DNA of 64,000 nucleotides from an uncultured Actinomycetes bacterium (GTDB lineage Bacteria > Actinomycetota > Actinomycetes > S36-B12 > CAIYMF01), in assembly GCA_963781015.1 (NCBI GenBank), contig CAWAEB010000006.1, positions 116,264 through 180,263 of the forward strand, read 5' to 3'. How positions within the stretch are numbered: position 1 is the stretch's first letter; each line of letters starts with the position of its first letter. The translations under genes were made by a program, and so were the position numbers. The notes under the pieces were generated by a model that ran no database searches, had not been told where the DNA came from, and was given only the letters and a program-made list of their open reading frames with translations. Positions 1-13,781 of this stretch are shown here, one piece after another.

Positions 1-682
1 TCCCCATCGCCTCAGCAGCCGAGGCCATCGTGTTGGCGGTGTACATCCCGCCGCAGGCGCCCTCGCCCGGGCAGATCGCGCGCTCGATCTCGTCGACCTC
101 CGCGCGGCTGATCAATCCGCGCGAGCAGGCCCCGACCGCTTCGAAGGCGTCGATGATGGTCACGTCGCGATCGCCGACCCGACCGGGCAGGATCGACCCG
201 GCGTAGACGAACACGCTGGCCACGTCCAGGCGCGCGGCGGCCATGAGCATCCCGGGCAGGGACTTGTCGCAGCCGGCGAAGGTGACCATGCCGTCCAGGC
301 GCTCGGCCTGCATGACGGCCTCCACCGAGTCGGCGATGATCTCGCGGCTGACCAGCGAGAAGTGCATCCCCTCGTGGCCCATCGAGATGCCGTCGGAGAC
401 CGAGATCGTGCCGAACTGCATCGGGAAGCCACCGCCGCCGTGCACGCCCTCCTTTGCCGAGCGGGCGAGGCGCTCCAGCGACAGGTTGCACGGGGTGATC
501 TCGTTCCAGCTGGAGGCGATGCCGATCTGTGGCTTGGCGAAGTCCTCGTCGCCCATGCCCACGGCGCGCAGCATCCCGCGGGCGGCGGCTCGCTCGAGTC
601 CGTCAGTGACCTCGCGGCTGCGGGGCTTGATGTCGGGGGTGCTGGGGGCGTCGGTGGTGCTGGGGGCGTCAGTGGCAGTCAT
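1..682 (-). CDS. ilvD: dihydroxy-acid dehydratase, N-terminal part (gene runs off the window edge)
   Basis: My reverse-strand translation from the ATG at 682 reads [67 protein letters not shown]...[17 protein letters not shown]...[12 protein letters not shown]. These are classic IlvD/Edd motifs. It is absent from the ORF track because it is truncated at position 1. Confidence 0.9.
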   Translation of the reverse strand, partial: MTATDAPSTTDAPSTPDIKPRSREVTDGLERAAARGMLRAVGMGDEDFAKPQIGIASSWNEITPCNLSLERLARSAKEGVHGGGGFPMQFGTISVSDGISMGHEGMHFSLVSREIIADSVEAVMQAERLDGMVTFAGCDKSLPGMLMAAARLDVASVFVYAGSILPGRVGDRDVTIIDAFEAVGACSRGLISRAEVDEIERAICPGEGACGGMYTANTMASAAEAMG

Positions 683-739
683 GAGCGCAAGCGTAGTGGC
701 GCCTCGTGGTGACGCCTGCGGTCGGCCGACGCGCGGGCG

Positions 740-1687
740 TCAGGTCGGTGCTGGCCGATTGCCCCGAGCCGAGCGCCCAGCAACGACGACGTTGGCCAGG
801 GGATCGCCGGCGTCGAGGCGGCGGAGTTGATCGGCGACCAGACGCCGGGCTCGGGGCAGGAACGCCGAGGTGTTGCCACCTACGTGTGGGCTGATCAGGA
901 CGCCGGGCCTGCGCCAGAGCGGGTGGTCGGGCGGAAGTGGCTCGGGGTCGGTGACGTCCAGCGCAGCGCGCAGCCGTCCGCCGGCGCACTCGGCGAGCAG
1001 TGCGGAGGTATCGACGACCGGGCCGCGCGAGACGTTGACCAGCAGCGCGCCGTCGCGCATCCGGGCCAGGAATCGGGCATCGACCAGTCCCCGGGTCGCG
1101 TCGGTGAGCGGGACGATCAGGATGACCACGTCCACGGTGGGCAGCAGGTCGGGCAGGTCGGCCACGGCGTGCACGACGACACCGTCGACCAGACGGGCGG
1201 TTCGCGCCACGGCCAGAACCTCGCACTCGAAGCCCGCGAGGCGCCGCGCGATGGCCCGGCCGATCGAGCCGAACCCGACGATCAGCACGCGCTTGTCGGC
1301 CAGGGACTCGTGTCGGTCGTAGGCCCAGCGACCCTCCGGCATCGCCCGGGCGAACTCGTCGAGGTGGCGCAGGCTGGCCAGGGTGAGGCCGACTGCGAGC
1401 TCGGCGGTCGAGGCGTCGTGCACGCCGGCCGCGTTGCACAGGGTCACGCCTGCGGGCAGGTGCGGCAGGTAGGCATCCACCCCAGCGGTCAGGGTCTGGA
1501 TCACACGCAGCGCAGGCATGCGCGCGGCAAGAGCGCGGTCATCGGCGGTCGACTCGTAGGGCGGCACCCAGAGGGCCACCTCGTCGATCTGCTCGGGGAC
1601 CGGGTCGCCGGAGTCCCAGGAGATGCACGTCCGAGCAGCATCCGTGGACAGCCCCGGCAACACGTCCGTGGGCAGCATGGCGAGCAC
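740..1687 (-). CDS. D-isomer-specific 2-hydroxyacid dehydrogenase family protein (NAD-binding)
   Basis: 315-aa ORF. It has a Rossmann motif VLIVGFGSIGRAIARRL and the family motifs LLVNVSRGPVVD and DVTDPEPLPPDHPLW...SPHVGG. Confidence 0.85.
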   Translation of the reverse strand: MLAMLPTDVLPGLSTDAARTCISWDSGDPVPEQIDEVALWVPPYESTADDRALAARMPALRVIQTLTAGVDAYLPHLPAGVTLCNAAGVHDASTAELAVGLTLASLRHLDEFARAMPEGRWAYDRHESLADKRVLIVGFGSIGRAIARRLAGFECEVLAVARTARLVDGVVVHAVADLPDLLPTVDVVILIVPLTDATRGLVDARFLARMRDGALLVNVSRGPVVDTSALLAECAGGRLRAALDVTDPEPLPPDHPLWRRPGVLISPHVGGNTSAFLPRARRLVADQLRRLDAGDPLANVVVAGRSARGNRPAPT

Positions 1688-1838
1688 CCGCCGACGATAA
1701 CGGAGAAGTCCTCTGGATCAGCCGACGCCCACACGGCCGCGGCGGCAGTTGACGTCCACCCGGGCCCGCGAGGACGCACGCCGGTTGGAGTTCGTGCTCC
1801 GATTCGTGGCGCACCAAGGCTCGGCCGAGGGGTGCGCC

Positions 1839-2687
1839 CTACACGTCGGGAGTGATCACCGTGAACCCGGCCGGGTGCTCGACCCGGGCACCATGGCCGA
1901 GGGTCCAGACCGACTGGCGACCCATGACCGTCCACTCGTGCGGCCCACCGACCAGTGCGGTGTCCTCGTCGATCCCGAGCACCGTGACGCCGGCTGGCGC
2001 ATGCAGCAGCACCCTCGTCAGCAGGTCGGGCGCCCAGCCGAGCATCTTGTCGAAGTGCGGGATCACTCGCAGGTGTGGCAACAAGCCGAGCCCCGGATCG
2101 ACCGGACGATGCGCGGCACGCACGTGCGGCACCCATCCGGTCATCGCCATCGCGCCGGCGCTGCAACCTGCCAGCGCGGCACCGCCCCGCCACGCGGCCA
2201 GGACCTCGCGCCACACGGCCGAGTCACGCAGGGACCCGGCCAGGTGCGCAGGGTTGCCCCCGGAGAAGTAGACCAGCCCAGCACCGGCAACCTGGGCGGC
2301 CAGCTCCGGATCATCGGCGTCGGCGCGGTCGGCGATGAGCAGTGGCACGGCTTCGACACCGAGCCGGTCGGCCTGCTCGCGGCCGAGCCGGGTCCATCTG
2401 GCCAGGACTGATGGACCCTCGGGGGCGGCGGCGGTCGGGATCTGCACGTAGCGAGGTGCCCGCCCGGCAAGCAGCAGGCCCTCGACCTCGAGCATCTGGG
2501 GCAGGTACTCCCCCGAGCCCACCAGAGCGATCGGCCCGCTGCCGTCCGGGCGAGGGGCGACCGGGCGGGTCTGCTCGGGGCTGGTCGGGATCAGTGACAC
2601 GTCTGGCAATTCCCCCGGGCCATCCCCGGGCGCCTCCCCCGGACGATCCGATGATTCCCGCGGCTGGTCCCCCGGGATGCTGGTCAT
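1839..2687 (-). CDS. peptidase S51 / cyanophycinase-like (class I glutamine amidotransferase-like fold) protein
   Basis: 282-aa ORF with YFSGGNPAHL, GCSAGAMAM (nucleophile-elbow Ser) and VIPHFD motifs typical of S51. Its ATG overlaps the stop of the upstream gene (ATGA at 2684-2687). Confidence 0.7.
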   Translation of the reverse strand: MTSIPGDQPRESSDRPGEAPGDGPGELPDVSLIPTSPEQTRPVAPRPDGSGPIALVGSGEYLPQMLEVEGLLLAGRAPRYVQIPTAAAPEGPSVLARWTRLGREQADRLGVEAVPLLIADRADADDPELAAQVAGAGLVYFSGGNPAHLAGSLRDSAVWREVLAAWRGGAALAGCSAGAMAMTGWVPHVRAAHRPVDPGLGLLPHLRVIPHFDKMLGWAPDLLTRVLLHAPAGVTVLGIDEDTALVGGPHEWTVMGRQSVWTLGHGARVEHPAGFTVITPDV

Positions 2688-3865
2688 GACCAGCCCCAGG
2701 TCGAGCCATCGCGCGTGTCACGTACCTCGATACCCAGATCGACGAGGAGATCGCGCAACCGGTCGCTGGCCGCCCAGTCACCGGTGGCACGGGCCGCGGC
2801 GCGCAGGTCCACGACGACCTGGACGACGCGGCCGGCGAGTTCGCGATCGTGTGAGTCGGCAGCCTGCTCTGCCCGCTGCATCAGGTCGATGACGGCCGCC
2901 CGGGCAACGCCGGCAGAGTCCGGGAGCGCGTCGAGGATCGTGCGCACCAGGTCAGCGGGCGCGGGGGGATCGTCGTCGCGTGCCGGCGTCAGCGGTTCGG
3001 CGTCGGCGGGCGCAACCTCCGCGGCTGCCGACGCCGCCTGGCCCGATCCGTGCACAATGCTCGACCCCCGCAGCCCGTCGATGATCGCCTCGACCTCGGC
3101 AAGGGCCAGCTCCGAGCCCGCCGGAACCACTCTTTCGGCTCCTGCCACGCGCAGCGTCAGCCCGCCCCTGCCCGCGACCCGGACGCGGGCGGCGTCGAGG
3201 TCGAACATCACGGCAGTGTGCTCATCGACGCCGACGATGAAGCCGTCATCCAGCTCGCCCTCGATCCGCGCCAACCGCCGACCGCCGAGGTAGCAGAACC
3301 GGGTGTCGTGGGTGCCGCCCTCCTTGTTGTCGTAGTGCGGGATCACCGAGCACCGCCAGCCGAGCACCCGTTCCATCACGCCGATGCCCGGCTCCCAGCG
3401 GGGATCCTCGCCGACCTTGTAGATCTCGTAGACGGGCAGCGCCCAGGTCCCGAGGGTGACCGCAGCAGCCGAGGCCACCACAAGCGCGGCCGAGCGACCC
3501 GGCGCGACCACTCCGGCGAGCGCGTCCGGCACACCGGTGCCCGTCCATGCCCGCCGCGCGTAGCTGGGCGATCCGGGTCCGGCGAACAGCCAGTCCGCTG
3601 CCCGGATCGCAGCCAGCGCCTGTTCCTGGGCCAACGCGTCGGCCCCGGCGGGCAGCGTGATCCGCGCAACCGAGCGCCCCAGTGACTCGGCGAAGTAGCC
3701 GCTGATCCTCTCCACCAGCTCGTCAGCGTTCTCCTGGAACGCGAACGGGCTGTCCATCAGGGCCAGGCTCGCGTCAGGCGGGAGGTCGGCGAAGACCTCG
3801 CGATGCACGCTGAGCATGCCCGGGGTCGTCTCACCCGAACCCATCAGCAGCAGTCGTCGGGTCAC
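2684..3865 (-). CDS. S51-like paralogue with a C-terminal extension resembling the cysteinyl-tRNA synthetase / MshC C-terminal tail
   Basis: 393-aa ORF. The N-terminal part (LLLMGSGE, FAGPGSPSY, VASAAAV, VIPHYD) parallels the downstream S51 protein. The last ~45 aa (AARATGDWAASDRLRDLLVDLGIEVRDTRDGSTWGW) resemble the K-D/E-W/F-x-x-A/S-D-x-I/L-R-D-x-L-x-x-x-G-I-x-L/V-x-D-T-x-x-G-T-x-W ending of CysRS. Confidence 0.55.
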   Translation of the reverse strand: MTRRLLLMGSGETTPGMLSVHREVFADLPPDASLALMDSPFAFQENADELVERISGYFAESLGRSVARITLPAGADALAQEQALAAIRAADWLFAGPGSPSYARRAWTGTGVPDALAGVVAPGRSAALVVASAAAVTLGTWALPVYEIYKVGEDPRWEPGIGVMERVLGWRCSVIPHYDNKEGGTHDTRFCYLGGRRLARIEGELDDGFIVGVDEHTAVMFDLDAARVRVAGRGGLTLRVAGAERVVPAGSELALAEVEAIIDGLRGSSIVHGSGQAASAAAEVAPADAEPLTPARDDDPPAPADLVRTILDALPDSAGVARAAVIDLMQRAEQAADSHDRELAGRVVQVVVDLRAAARATGDWAASDRLRDLLVDLGIEVRDTRDGSTWGWS

Positions 3866-4014
3866 CCGCGAAGACTAGGCGCTGGGCCAGAACTGCGCCT
3901 GCGCGCGCCGGTCCCCGCACGGGCAGGCGCAGTATCCCCGAAGGTCCGTCGCATGCCGCCTGTTGGCCCTACGATCAGCCGAACAGCCAGCGAACGTGCA
4001 TACGGGAGGCAGCC

Positions 4015-4467
4015 ATGGCCAGCAAGGACGACGGATTCAGCGACGACGAGCGCGCCGCCATGAAGGAGCGCGCCGCGGAGCTCAAGGCGTCCAAGCGTGC
4101 CGGGTCGGCGGCCAAGAAGGCCGCGGCCGACGAGCAGGACGCCCTGGCCAAGATCGCCGAGATGCCCGACGCCGATCGGGTCGTCGCCGAGACGCTGCAC
4201 GACATCGTCGGTGCCCATGCACCCGAACTGGCTGCCAAGACCTGGTACGGCATGCCCGCCTATGCCCGCGACGGGAAGGTCGTGGTCTTCTTCAAGCCTG
4301 CCGCGAAGTTCAAGGTCCGCTACGCCGAGGTCGGCTTCAACGAGTTCGCGAACCTCGACGATGGTGACATGTGGCCGACGGCATTCGCCGTGGTGGCGAT
4401 GAATGCAGGCGTGCGGGACAAGCTCGTCGCGCTGGTCGAGAGGGCCGCAGGCGAACAACCGACCTGA
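4015..4467 (+). CDS. DUF1801 (YdhG-like) domain protein
   Basis: 150-aa ORF. The Lys/Ala-rich N-terminal region is followed by TWYGMPAYARDGKVVVFFKPAAKFK, which is typical of the YdhG/DUF1801 fold. Confidence 0.65.
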   Translation: MASKDDGFSDDERAAMKERAAELKASKRAGSAAKKAAADEQDALAKIAEMPDADRVVAETLHDIVGAHAPELAAKTWYGMPAYARDGKVVVFFKPAAKFKVRYAEVGFNEFANLDDGDMWPTAFAVVAMNAGVRDKLVALVERAAGEQPT

Positions 4468-4538
4468 GGCGCTGGACCGGGCCAGTCCGGCCCGTGCGGC
4501 GCACGCGCAGGCCGGATCCGCCTACGGCACCGACGAGT

Positions 4539-5462
4539 TCAGAAGGCCCGCGAGCCTGAGTCCAGCGTCCGTCCGTCGATCGTCACGAATGCCCAGCTGA
4601 ATCCCCGCTTGCGCAGCCGCAGGTCCAGGACGCCATAGTCCGTGTTGTTGAAGGCCTGACTCCAGGTGCGCGTCGTCCGGGTGGTGTCCGCACGCTGGTC
4701 CCCACCGCCGGTCCCGACCACGAATGCCGTCAGGGTGCTCGATCGGCCCTTGACCGGGGGGGTCATCCGCTCGTAGTCATGGTCATGGCCCCAGACGATC
4801 AGCTTCACGTCGCGGTCCTTGCGCACCAGCTTGTAGAGCGCGTTGGTGTTGGTCTGGTCGCCGTGATGGCCGCTGGAGTAGCGCGGCCGGTGCCACATGA
4901 CCAGCGTGGGCACCTTGTTGTACTTCTTGAGCGTCCTCTTGAGGAACGCCTGCTGCTTGGAGCTGGAGACCCGCTCGCTGTCCAGCCCGATCACCCGCCA
5001 CTTGCCCACCTTTCGCGACCACCACAACCCCCCGGACTCGCCGAAGTACGTTCGGTAGCCAGCCGCGCTGCGGGTTCGGTACTCGTGGTTGCCCGGCACC
5101 GGAAGCCAGATCGGTCGGAACCGGCCCCAAGCCGGGTCGAACTGGCTTCGCAACTGGGCGAGGCTGCCCTCGGGGTAGGCGATGTCCCCGGCCAGGAGCA
5201 CCCGATCCGGACGCAGTGAGGCGGTGAGGGCAGCGACCCGGGCGTGCGGGCTGCCGGGATTGGCGATGTCGCCGACGGCCACCACCCGCGCCCCGGAACC
5301 GGAGGCGCCGAGCTGGCGGGCAGCGAGGGTGATGGCACCGGCCGTCGTTGCCGATGCCGCAACTGCGGCCGGGACGGGCACAGCCACGGGCTGGGCGGGC
5401 ACCGCGACCAGACCCACGAGCATCAGGCCGGCCAGTACCGGGATGAGCCTTCGCATGGCCAC
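4539..5462 (-). CDS. secreted metallophosphoesterase (calcineurin-like)
   Basis: 307-aa ORF with an N-terminal signal-like segment (MAMRRLIPVLAGLMLVGLVAVPA). Motifs present: GDIA, GDIAYPEG, GNHEY and GHDHDYER. Confidence 0.85.
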   Translation of the reverse strand: MAMRRLIPVLAGLMLVGLVAVPAQPVAVPVPAAVAASATTAGAITLAARQLGASGSGARVVAVGDIANPGSPHARVAALTASLRPDRVLLAGDIAYPEGSLAQLRSQFDPAWGRFRPIWLPVPGNHEYRTRSAAGYRTYFGESGGLWWSRKVGKWRVIGLDSERVSSSKQQAFLKRTLKKYNKVPTLVMWHRPRYSSGHHGDQTNTNALYKLVRKDRDVKLIVWGHDHDYERMTPPVKGRSSTLTAFVVGTGGGDQRADTTRTTRTWSQAFNNTDYGVLDLRLRKRGFSWAFVTIDGRTLDSGSRAF

Positions 5463-5617
5463 AGGTTACGCCGGATGCCCGCGCCCCAGCCGGTACGGTC
5501 GAGCAGGTCGGCCTCGTGGGACTCGGCCTTGGCCACCCGCTAGGCTCCCCATGTCAGTCGCAGCGCCGTCAGTCAGAGCGCCGGCACCGGAGCCGGCGGC
5601 GGATCAGGAGAACTCAC

Positions 5618-6211
5618 ATGTCCCTCGCCACTCCCGCACCAGCAGTCCTTGCCGATGTCTTCGCCCGCAGCGCAGTGCGCAATGCCGTCCTCGTGGTCGG
5701 GGGCGCCGCCTTCGTGGGGCTGTCCGCCCAGGTGATCGTGCCGCTGCCCTTCACACCGGTCCCGCTGACCGGCCAGACCTTCGCAGTGCTGCTCACGGCG
5801 GCCGCGCTGGGCATGTGGCGGGCGATCGCCTCGATGAGCCTGTACGCCGTCGCCGGCCTGGCCGGCGTGCCGTGGTTCGCCGGCGCCGCGTCTGCGTTCA
5901 AGGGCGGCGCCCTGGTCGCCAGCTTCGGGTACGTGCTGGGCTTCATCGCCGCTGCTGGCCTCGTCGGCTACCTTGCCCAGCGTGGCGCGACTCGCACCGC
6001 ACCACGTACTGCCGGGCTGATGATCCTGGGCAACGTGGTCATCTACGCGCTGGGCACCCTCTGGCTGGCTGCCGCCCTGGGCGTTTCGCTGAGCGCGGCC
6101 ATCGGGCTCGGGGTCACGCCGTTCCTCATCGGTGATGTGCTCAAGATCGCACTGGCCGCAGGGCTGTTCCCGCTGGCCTGGCGCGCGGTGGAGAAGTTCA
6201 CCGCCAAGTAG
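5618..6211 (+). CDS. bioY: biotin transporter BioY (ECF S-component)
   Basis: The in-frame ATG at 5618 is preceded by AGGAG (5606-5610). The product MSLATPAPAVLADVF...VPLPFTPVPLTGQTFAVLL...FLIGDVLKI is a multi-TM protein with BioY hallmarks. The longer ORF from 5516 is Arg-rich and non-genic in appearance. Confidence 0.85.
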   Translation: MSLATPAPAVLADVFARSAVRNAVLVVGGAAFVGLSAQVIVPLPFTPVPLTGQTFAVLLTAAALGMWRAIASMSLYAVAGLAGVPWFAGAASAFKGGALVASFGYVLGFIAAAGLVGYLAQRGATRTAPRTAGLMILGNVVIYALGTLWLAAALGVSLSAAIGLGVTPFLIGDVLKIALAAGLFPLAWRAVEKFTAK

Positions 6212-6298
6212 CTGAGTGCTCGAAGGGTCGGTTCCCCTCGGGGATCCGACGGTTCGGATGTCCGCCCGAGCGCCCGGCTTGCCGCCCACCCCACAGGC

Positions 6299-6356
6299 GC
6301 TTCCGTTGTTGCGATCTGCTTCCCGAATTTGGGAAGCAGATCCGCAGATGGGAAGC
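6299..6356. repeat. 58-bp nested-palindrome repeat element, copy A
   Basis: Sequence GCTTCCGTTGTTGCGATCTGCTTCCCGAATTTGGGAAGCAGATCCGCAGATGGGAAGC. It has a perfect 12-bp stem (6313-6324 / 6331-6342) with outer complementary arms. 48 of 58 positions are identical to 24049-24106 in an ungapped hand alignment. It lies between the convergent bioY and gatB genes. Confidence 0.75.
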
Positions 6357-6411
6357 ATCGGCGAGGTGCGGTGCGGCGCGGCGCGGTGCGGCGAGGTGCG
6401 GCGCGGCGCGG

Positions 6412-7938
6412 CTACCCGTCGACGCCGAGGCGCTCGAAGATCAGCTCACGCACCCGAGCCGCGTCCGCCTGGCCGCGAGTGGCCTTCATGACCGCCCCGA
6501 CGATCGCACCGGCTGCCGCGACCTTGCCGCTGCGGATCTTGTCGGCCACGTCGGGCTGGGCGGCCAGTGCCTCGTCGATCGCTGCGAGCAGCGGTCCGTC
6601 GTCGGAGACCACGGCCAGCCCACGGGCGGCGACGACCTCAGCGGCTGACCCCTCCCCCGCGAGCACGCCCTCGAGCACCTGCCGCGCGAGCTTGTCGTTG
6701 ACCGTCCCGGCCACGACGAGCGCCTCGACCTCGGTGACCTGCGCCGGTGTGATCGGCAGGTCGACGAGCTCAACACCCTGTTCCTTGGCCAACCGGGCCA
6801 GCTCGCCGGTCCACCACTTGCGGGCAGCGGCCTGGTCCGCACCGGCTGCGATGGTGGCCTCGACGAGGTCCAGGGCGCCGGCGTTGACCACGTTGGCCAT
6901 GTCCACTTCGCTGATCCCCCAGGCGGCGGCCAGTCGGCTCCGCCGCGTCGCCGGGTTCTCCGGCAGCGTGGCGCGCAGGTCCTCGACCCATTCGCGTGAC
7001 GGGGCTATCGGCACCAGGTCAGGCTCCGGGAAGTACCGGTAGTCCTCCGAGCCCTCCTTGATCCGCCCCGAGGTGGTCAGGCCGGTGTCCTCGTGCCAGT
7101 GCCGGGTCTCCTGCACGACCCGACCCCCGGATTCCAGAAGGGCGGCCTGCCGGCCGATCTCGTAGCGCACCGCCCGCTCGACCGAGCGCAGCGAGTTCAC
7201 GTTCTTGGTCTCCGACCGGGTGCCCAGTGGGGCGTCCGGTGAGCGTCGCAGCGACAGGTTCACGTCGCAGCGCAGCGATCCCTGTTCCATCCGCACGTCG
7301 GACACGCCCAGCGCGCGCAGCAGGTCGCGCAGTGCGCCGACGTAGGCCTTGGCAACTTCCGGCGCGTACCGACCGGCGCCCTCAAGCGGCTTGGTCACGA
7401 TCTCGATCAGCGGGATGCCGGCCCGGTTGTAGTCGACCAGGGAGTAGTCGGCGCCGTGGATGCGCCCGGTGGCCCCACCGACGTGGCTGTTCTTGCCGGT
7501 GTCCTCCTCCATGTGCGCCCGCTCGATGCCGACCCGGTAGGTGCGCCGGCCCTCAGGGGTGTCGTAGTCGACATCGAGGTAGCCCTCGAAGCAGATCGGC
7601 TCGTCGTACTGCGAGGTCTGGAAGTTCTTCGGCATGTCGGGGTAGAAGTAGTTCTTGCGCGCGAACCGGCACCACGTGGCCACCTCGCAGTTCAACGCGA
7701 GGCCGATCCGCATGGCCGACTCGACCCCGATCCGGTTCAGCGCCGGGAGCGCCCCGGGCAGGCCCAGGCAGACCGGGCACACCTGGGTGTTCGGCTCAGC
7801 GCCGAACACGGTGGAGCAGCCGCAGAACATCTTGGTCGCGGTGTTGAGCTCGACGTGCACCTCAAGGCCCATCACGGGATCGAATCGCTCGATGGCGGTC
7901 TCGAAGTCCATGACCGGGTTCGTGATCGGCTGGCTCAT
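6412..7938 (-). CDS. gatB: Asp-tRNA(Asn)/Glu-tRNA(Gln) amidotransferase subunit B
   Basis: 508-aa ORF. It reads [30 protein letters not shown]...QTSQYDEPI and ends in a GatB_Yqey tail. Confidence 0.95.
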   Translation of the reverse strand: MSQPITNPVMDFETAIERFDPVMGLEVHVELNTATKMFCGCSTVFGAEPNTQVCPVCLGLPGALPALNRIGVESAMRIGLALNCEVATWCRFARKNYFYPDMPKNFQTSQYDEPICFEGYLDVDYDTPEGRRTYRVGIERAHMEEDTGKNSHVGGATGRIHGADYSLVDYNRAGIPLIEIVTKPLEGAGRYAPEVAKAYVGALRDLLRALGVSDVRMEQGSLRCDVNLSLRRSPDAPLGTRSETKNVNSLRSVERAVRYEIGRQAALLESGGRVVQETRHWHEDTGLTTSGRIKEGSEDYRYFPEPDLVPIAPSREWVEDLRATLPENPATRRSRLAAAWGISEVDMANVVNAGALDLVEATIAAGADQAAARKWWTGELARLAKEQGVELVDLPITPAQVTEVEALVVAGTVNDKLARQVLEGVLAGEGSAAEVVAARGLAVVSDDGPLLAAIDEALAAQPDVADKIRSGKVAAAGAIVGAVMKATRGQADAARVRELIFERLGVDG

Positions 7939-9494
7939 CGTGCCACCCCTTCCGCAATGCCCGATCGGTCAGGCACCTGATCGATCAGCAGCCCGCCCCA
8001 CCGGTCGAACAGCGCCTGCTCCAGGGCCGCGCCGACACGGTAGAGGCGGTCGTCGGCCATCGCGGGGGCGATGATCTGCAGGCCCACGGGCAGGCCGTCC
8101 TCGGGGGCCAGGCCCACCGGCAGGCTCATCGCGGCGTTCCCGGCGAGGTTCACCGGGATGGTGGCCACGTCGTTGAGGTACATCGCCAGCGGATCGTCGA
8201 GCTTCTCGCCGAGCGTGAACGCCGTGGTCGGCGTGGTCGGCGAGATGAGCACGTCCACAGCCTCGAACGCCGCGGCGAAATCGCGCTGCACCAGGGTACG
8301 TACCTTCTGCGCCGAGCCGTAGTAGGCGTCGTAGTAGCCGCTGGACAACGCGTAGGTGCCGAGCATGATCCGGCGCTTGACCTCCGCGCCGAAGCCGGCC
8401 TCTCGGGTCAGGCTCATGACCTCCTCGACCGAACGGGTGCCGTCGTCGCCGACCCGGAGGCCGTAGCGGATGCCGTCGAACTTGGCCAGGTTGCTCGATG
8501 CCTCGCTCGGCAAGATCAGGTAGTAGGCCGCCAGCGCGTAGTCGAAGCTCGGGCAGGAAACCTCCACGACCTCGGCGCCCAGGCCCTCGAGGATCGCCAC
8601 CGCCTCACTGAAGCGCTGCCGCACACCAGCCTGGTAACCCTGCCCACCCAACTCGCGGACCAGCCCGATCCGCATGCCGCGCACGTCCGCGTAGGTCGCC
8701 GCCGCGACCACGTCCGGCACCGGCTGGGCCAGCGAGGTGGAGTCGCGGGGGTCGTACCCGGCGATCACCGAGTGCAGCAGGGCGGCATCGAGCACGGTGC
8801 GGGCACATGGCCCGGCCTGGTCCAGCGAGGAGGCCAGGGCCACCAGGCCGTAGCGGGAGACCGCGCCGTAGGTGGGCTTGACCCCGACGGTGCCGGTGAC
8901 CGCGGCGGGCTGCCGGATCGAGCCCCCGGTGTCGGTGCCGATCGCCAGGGGCGCCTCGAAGGCGGCGATCGCCGCGGCGCTGCCACCCCCGGACCCACCG
9001 GGGATCCGGTCGAGGTCCCACGGATTGTGGGTCGGGCCGTAGGCAGAGTGCTCGGTGGAGGAGCCCATCGCGAACTCGTCCATGTTGGTCTTGCCGAGGA
9101 TCACGATGCCGGCCGCACGCAGTCGGGCGGTGACTGTCGCGTCGTACGGCGGGCGCCAGCCCTCGAGGATCCGCGAGCCGCAGGTGGTCGGGATGTCCTT
9201 CATTGTCAGGACGTCCTTGAGCGCCAACGGCACGCCGGCCAGTGGGCCGAGCGGCTTCCCGGCCGCGCGGGCGGCGTCGATCGCGTCGGCGCCGGCCAGG
9301 GCACCGTCGGTGTCGACGTGCAGGAACGCGTGGATCTCGCCGTCGACGGCGCCGATCCGGTCCAGATGGGCCTGGGCCACCTCGCGGGCCGAGACGACGT
9401 CACTGGTGAGCAGTTCCGAGAGCTGGGCGGCGGTGAACCGGGTCAGGTCCGGAACCTCGGCGGTGATCGTTTCGGTGAACATCGGCGGGGTCAC
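7935..9494 (-). CDS. gatA: Asp-tRNA(Asn)/Glu-tRNA(Gln) amidotransferase subunit A
   Basis: 519-aa ORF with the amidase signature [14 protein letters not shown]...[13 protein letters not shown]. It overlaps gatB by 4 nt. Confidence 0.95.
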   Translation of the reverse strand: MTPPMFTETITAEVPDLTRFTAAQLSELLTSDVVSAREVAQAHLDRIGAVDGEIHAFLHVDTDGALAGADAIDAARAAGKPLGPLAGVPLALKDVLTMKDIPTTCGSRILEGWRPPYDATVTARLRAAGIVILGKTNMDEFAMGSSTEHSAYGPTHNPWDLDRIPGGSGGGSAAAIAAFEAPLAIGTDTGGSIRQPAAVTGTVGVKPTYGAVSRYGLVALASSLDQAGPCARTVLDAALLHSVIAGYDPRDSTSLAQPVPDVVAAATYADVRGMRIGLVRELGGQGYQAGVRQRFSEAVAILEGLGAEVVEVSCPSFDYALAAYYLILPSEASSNLAKFDGIRYGLRVGDDGTRSVEEVMSLTREAGFGAEVKRRIMLGTYALSSGYYDAYYGSAQKVRTLVQRDFAAAFEAVDVLISPTTPTTAFTLGEKLDDPLAMYLNDVATIPVNLAGNAAMSLPVGLAPEDGLPVGLQIIAPAMADDRLYRVGAALEQALFDRWGGLLIDQVPDRSGIAEGVAR

Positions 9495-9808
9495 TCCTCG
9501 TCCAGGATCCGCGGCACGCGGAACCTGTCATCCTCGGCGGCCGGCGCCCCGGACAGGGCCTCGGCCTGGGTCAGGCTCGGCACGGGCACGTCCTCGCGGA
9601 AGACGTTCTCCAGCGGCATCGGGTGCGAGGTGGCCGGCACGTCCGGGGTGGCGACCTCGGTGACACGGGCGACCGCGCCGAGGATGTCGGCCAGCTGCAC
9701 GCTGTAGTGGTCGAGTTCGTCCTCGGTGAGCGACAGCCGGGCCAGGCGGCCGAGGTGGGCCACCTGCTCGCGGGTGATCGCTGGGGAGTTCTCAGGCATG
9801 GGCCACAT
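9491..9808 (-). CDS. gatC: Asp-tRNA(Asn)/Glu-tRNA(Gln) amidotransferase subunit C
   Basis: About 100-aa ORF with [23 protein letters not shown] and a 4-nt overlap with gatA. The start is either the ATG at 9808 or the ATG at 9799. Confidence 0.9.
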   Translation of the reverse strand: MWPMPENSPAITREQVAHLGRLARLSLTEDELDHYSVQLADILGAVARVTEVATPDVPATSHPMPLENVFREDVPVPSLTQAEALSGAPAAEDDRFRVPRILDEE

Positions 9809-10187
9809 CCTAGGCGGGCCGCCCCCGGCTCAGACACGCGCGATCAGGCGGCCCGGATGGCGCAGGCGGGCCGGTACCGGTCCCCCCACCGGTGCCGACC
9901 CGCCTCCCGCGCTCCCCCGATGCGCGTTGCGCGCCCCCCGATCGCGCAGCCAGAACCTCCCACGGCATCGGCGATCCGGCAAGGAGTTGTCCACAGCCAA
10001 GGCACGGGTACCCCGACGGGCTTGATCATGCTCGCGACACCACGCCGCCCCCAGGTGAGACCCGTGCGGTGAGACCCGGGCCCGTGGCGCCTGTCAGCCA
10101 CTCAGCCCCCACGGGATGCCCAGCAGGTATCAGGCTGCGAAGCCGGCAGCCGGCAGTCGGCCGCAGGCAGGGCAGTCGGCCGGTGGC

Positions 10188-13608
<3,421 letters not shown>

Positions 13609-13781
13609 GCCGCCATTCTCGTCGGCGGGGCGGCGGGATCGGACCACCGCACGGCACCGACTCAGATCCGGCCGATCCACACCGGCCGGATCCGGCCAGT
13701 GTCGGCCCGGATCCGGCCACAGGTGACCACTACCAGCCCACGATCGCGACGGACTCACGCCAGGACTGTGAGGATGGAGCC

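Noticed and set aside
9809-10187. 380-bp gap between ligA and gatC, with an 85-aa minus-strand ORF (9844-10101) and short direct repeats (GTGAGACCCG x2; GCAGTCGGCCG x2).
   Set aside because: The ORF text is Arg/Gly/Trp-rich with no SD and no recognisable family. The repeats are short enough to arise by chance at this GC content. I recognised no RNA motif. The gap probably contains the gatCAB promoter and leader.
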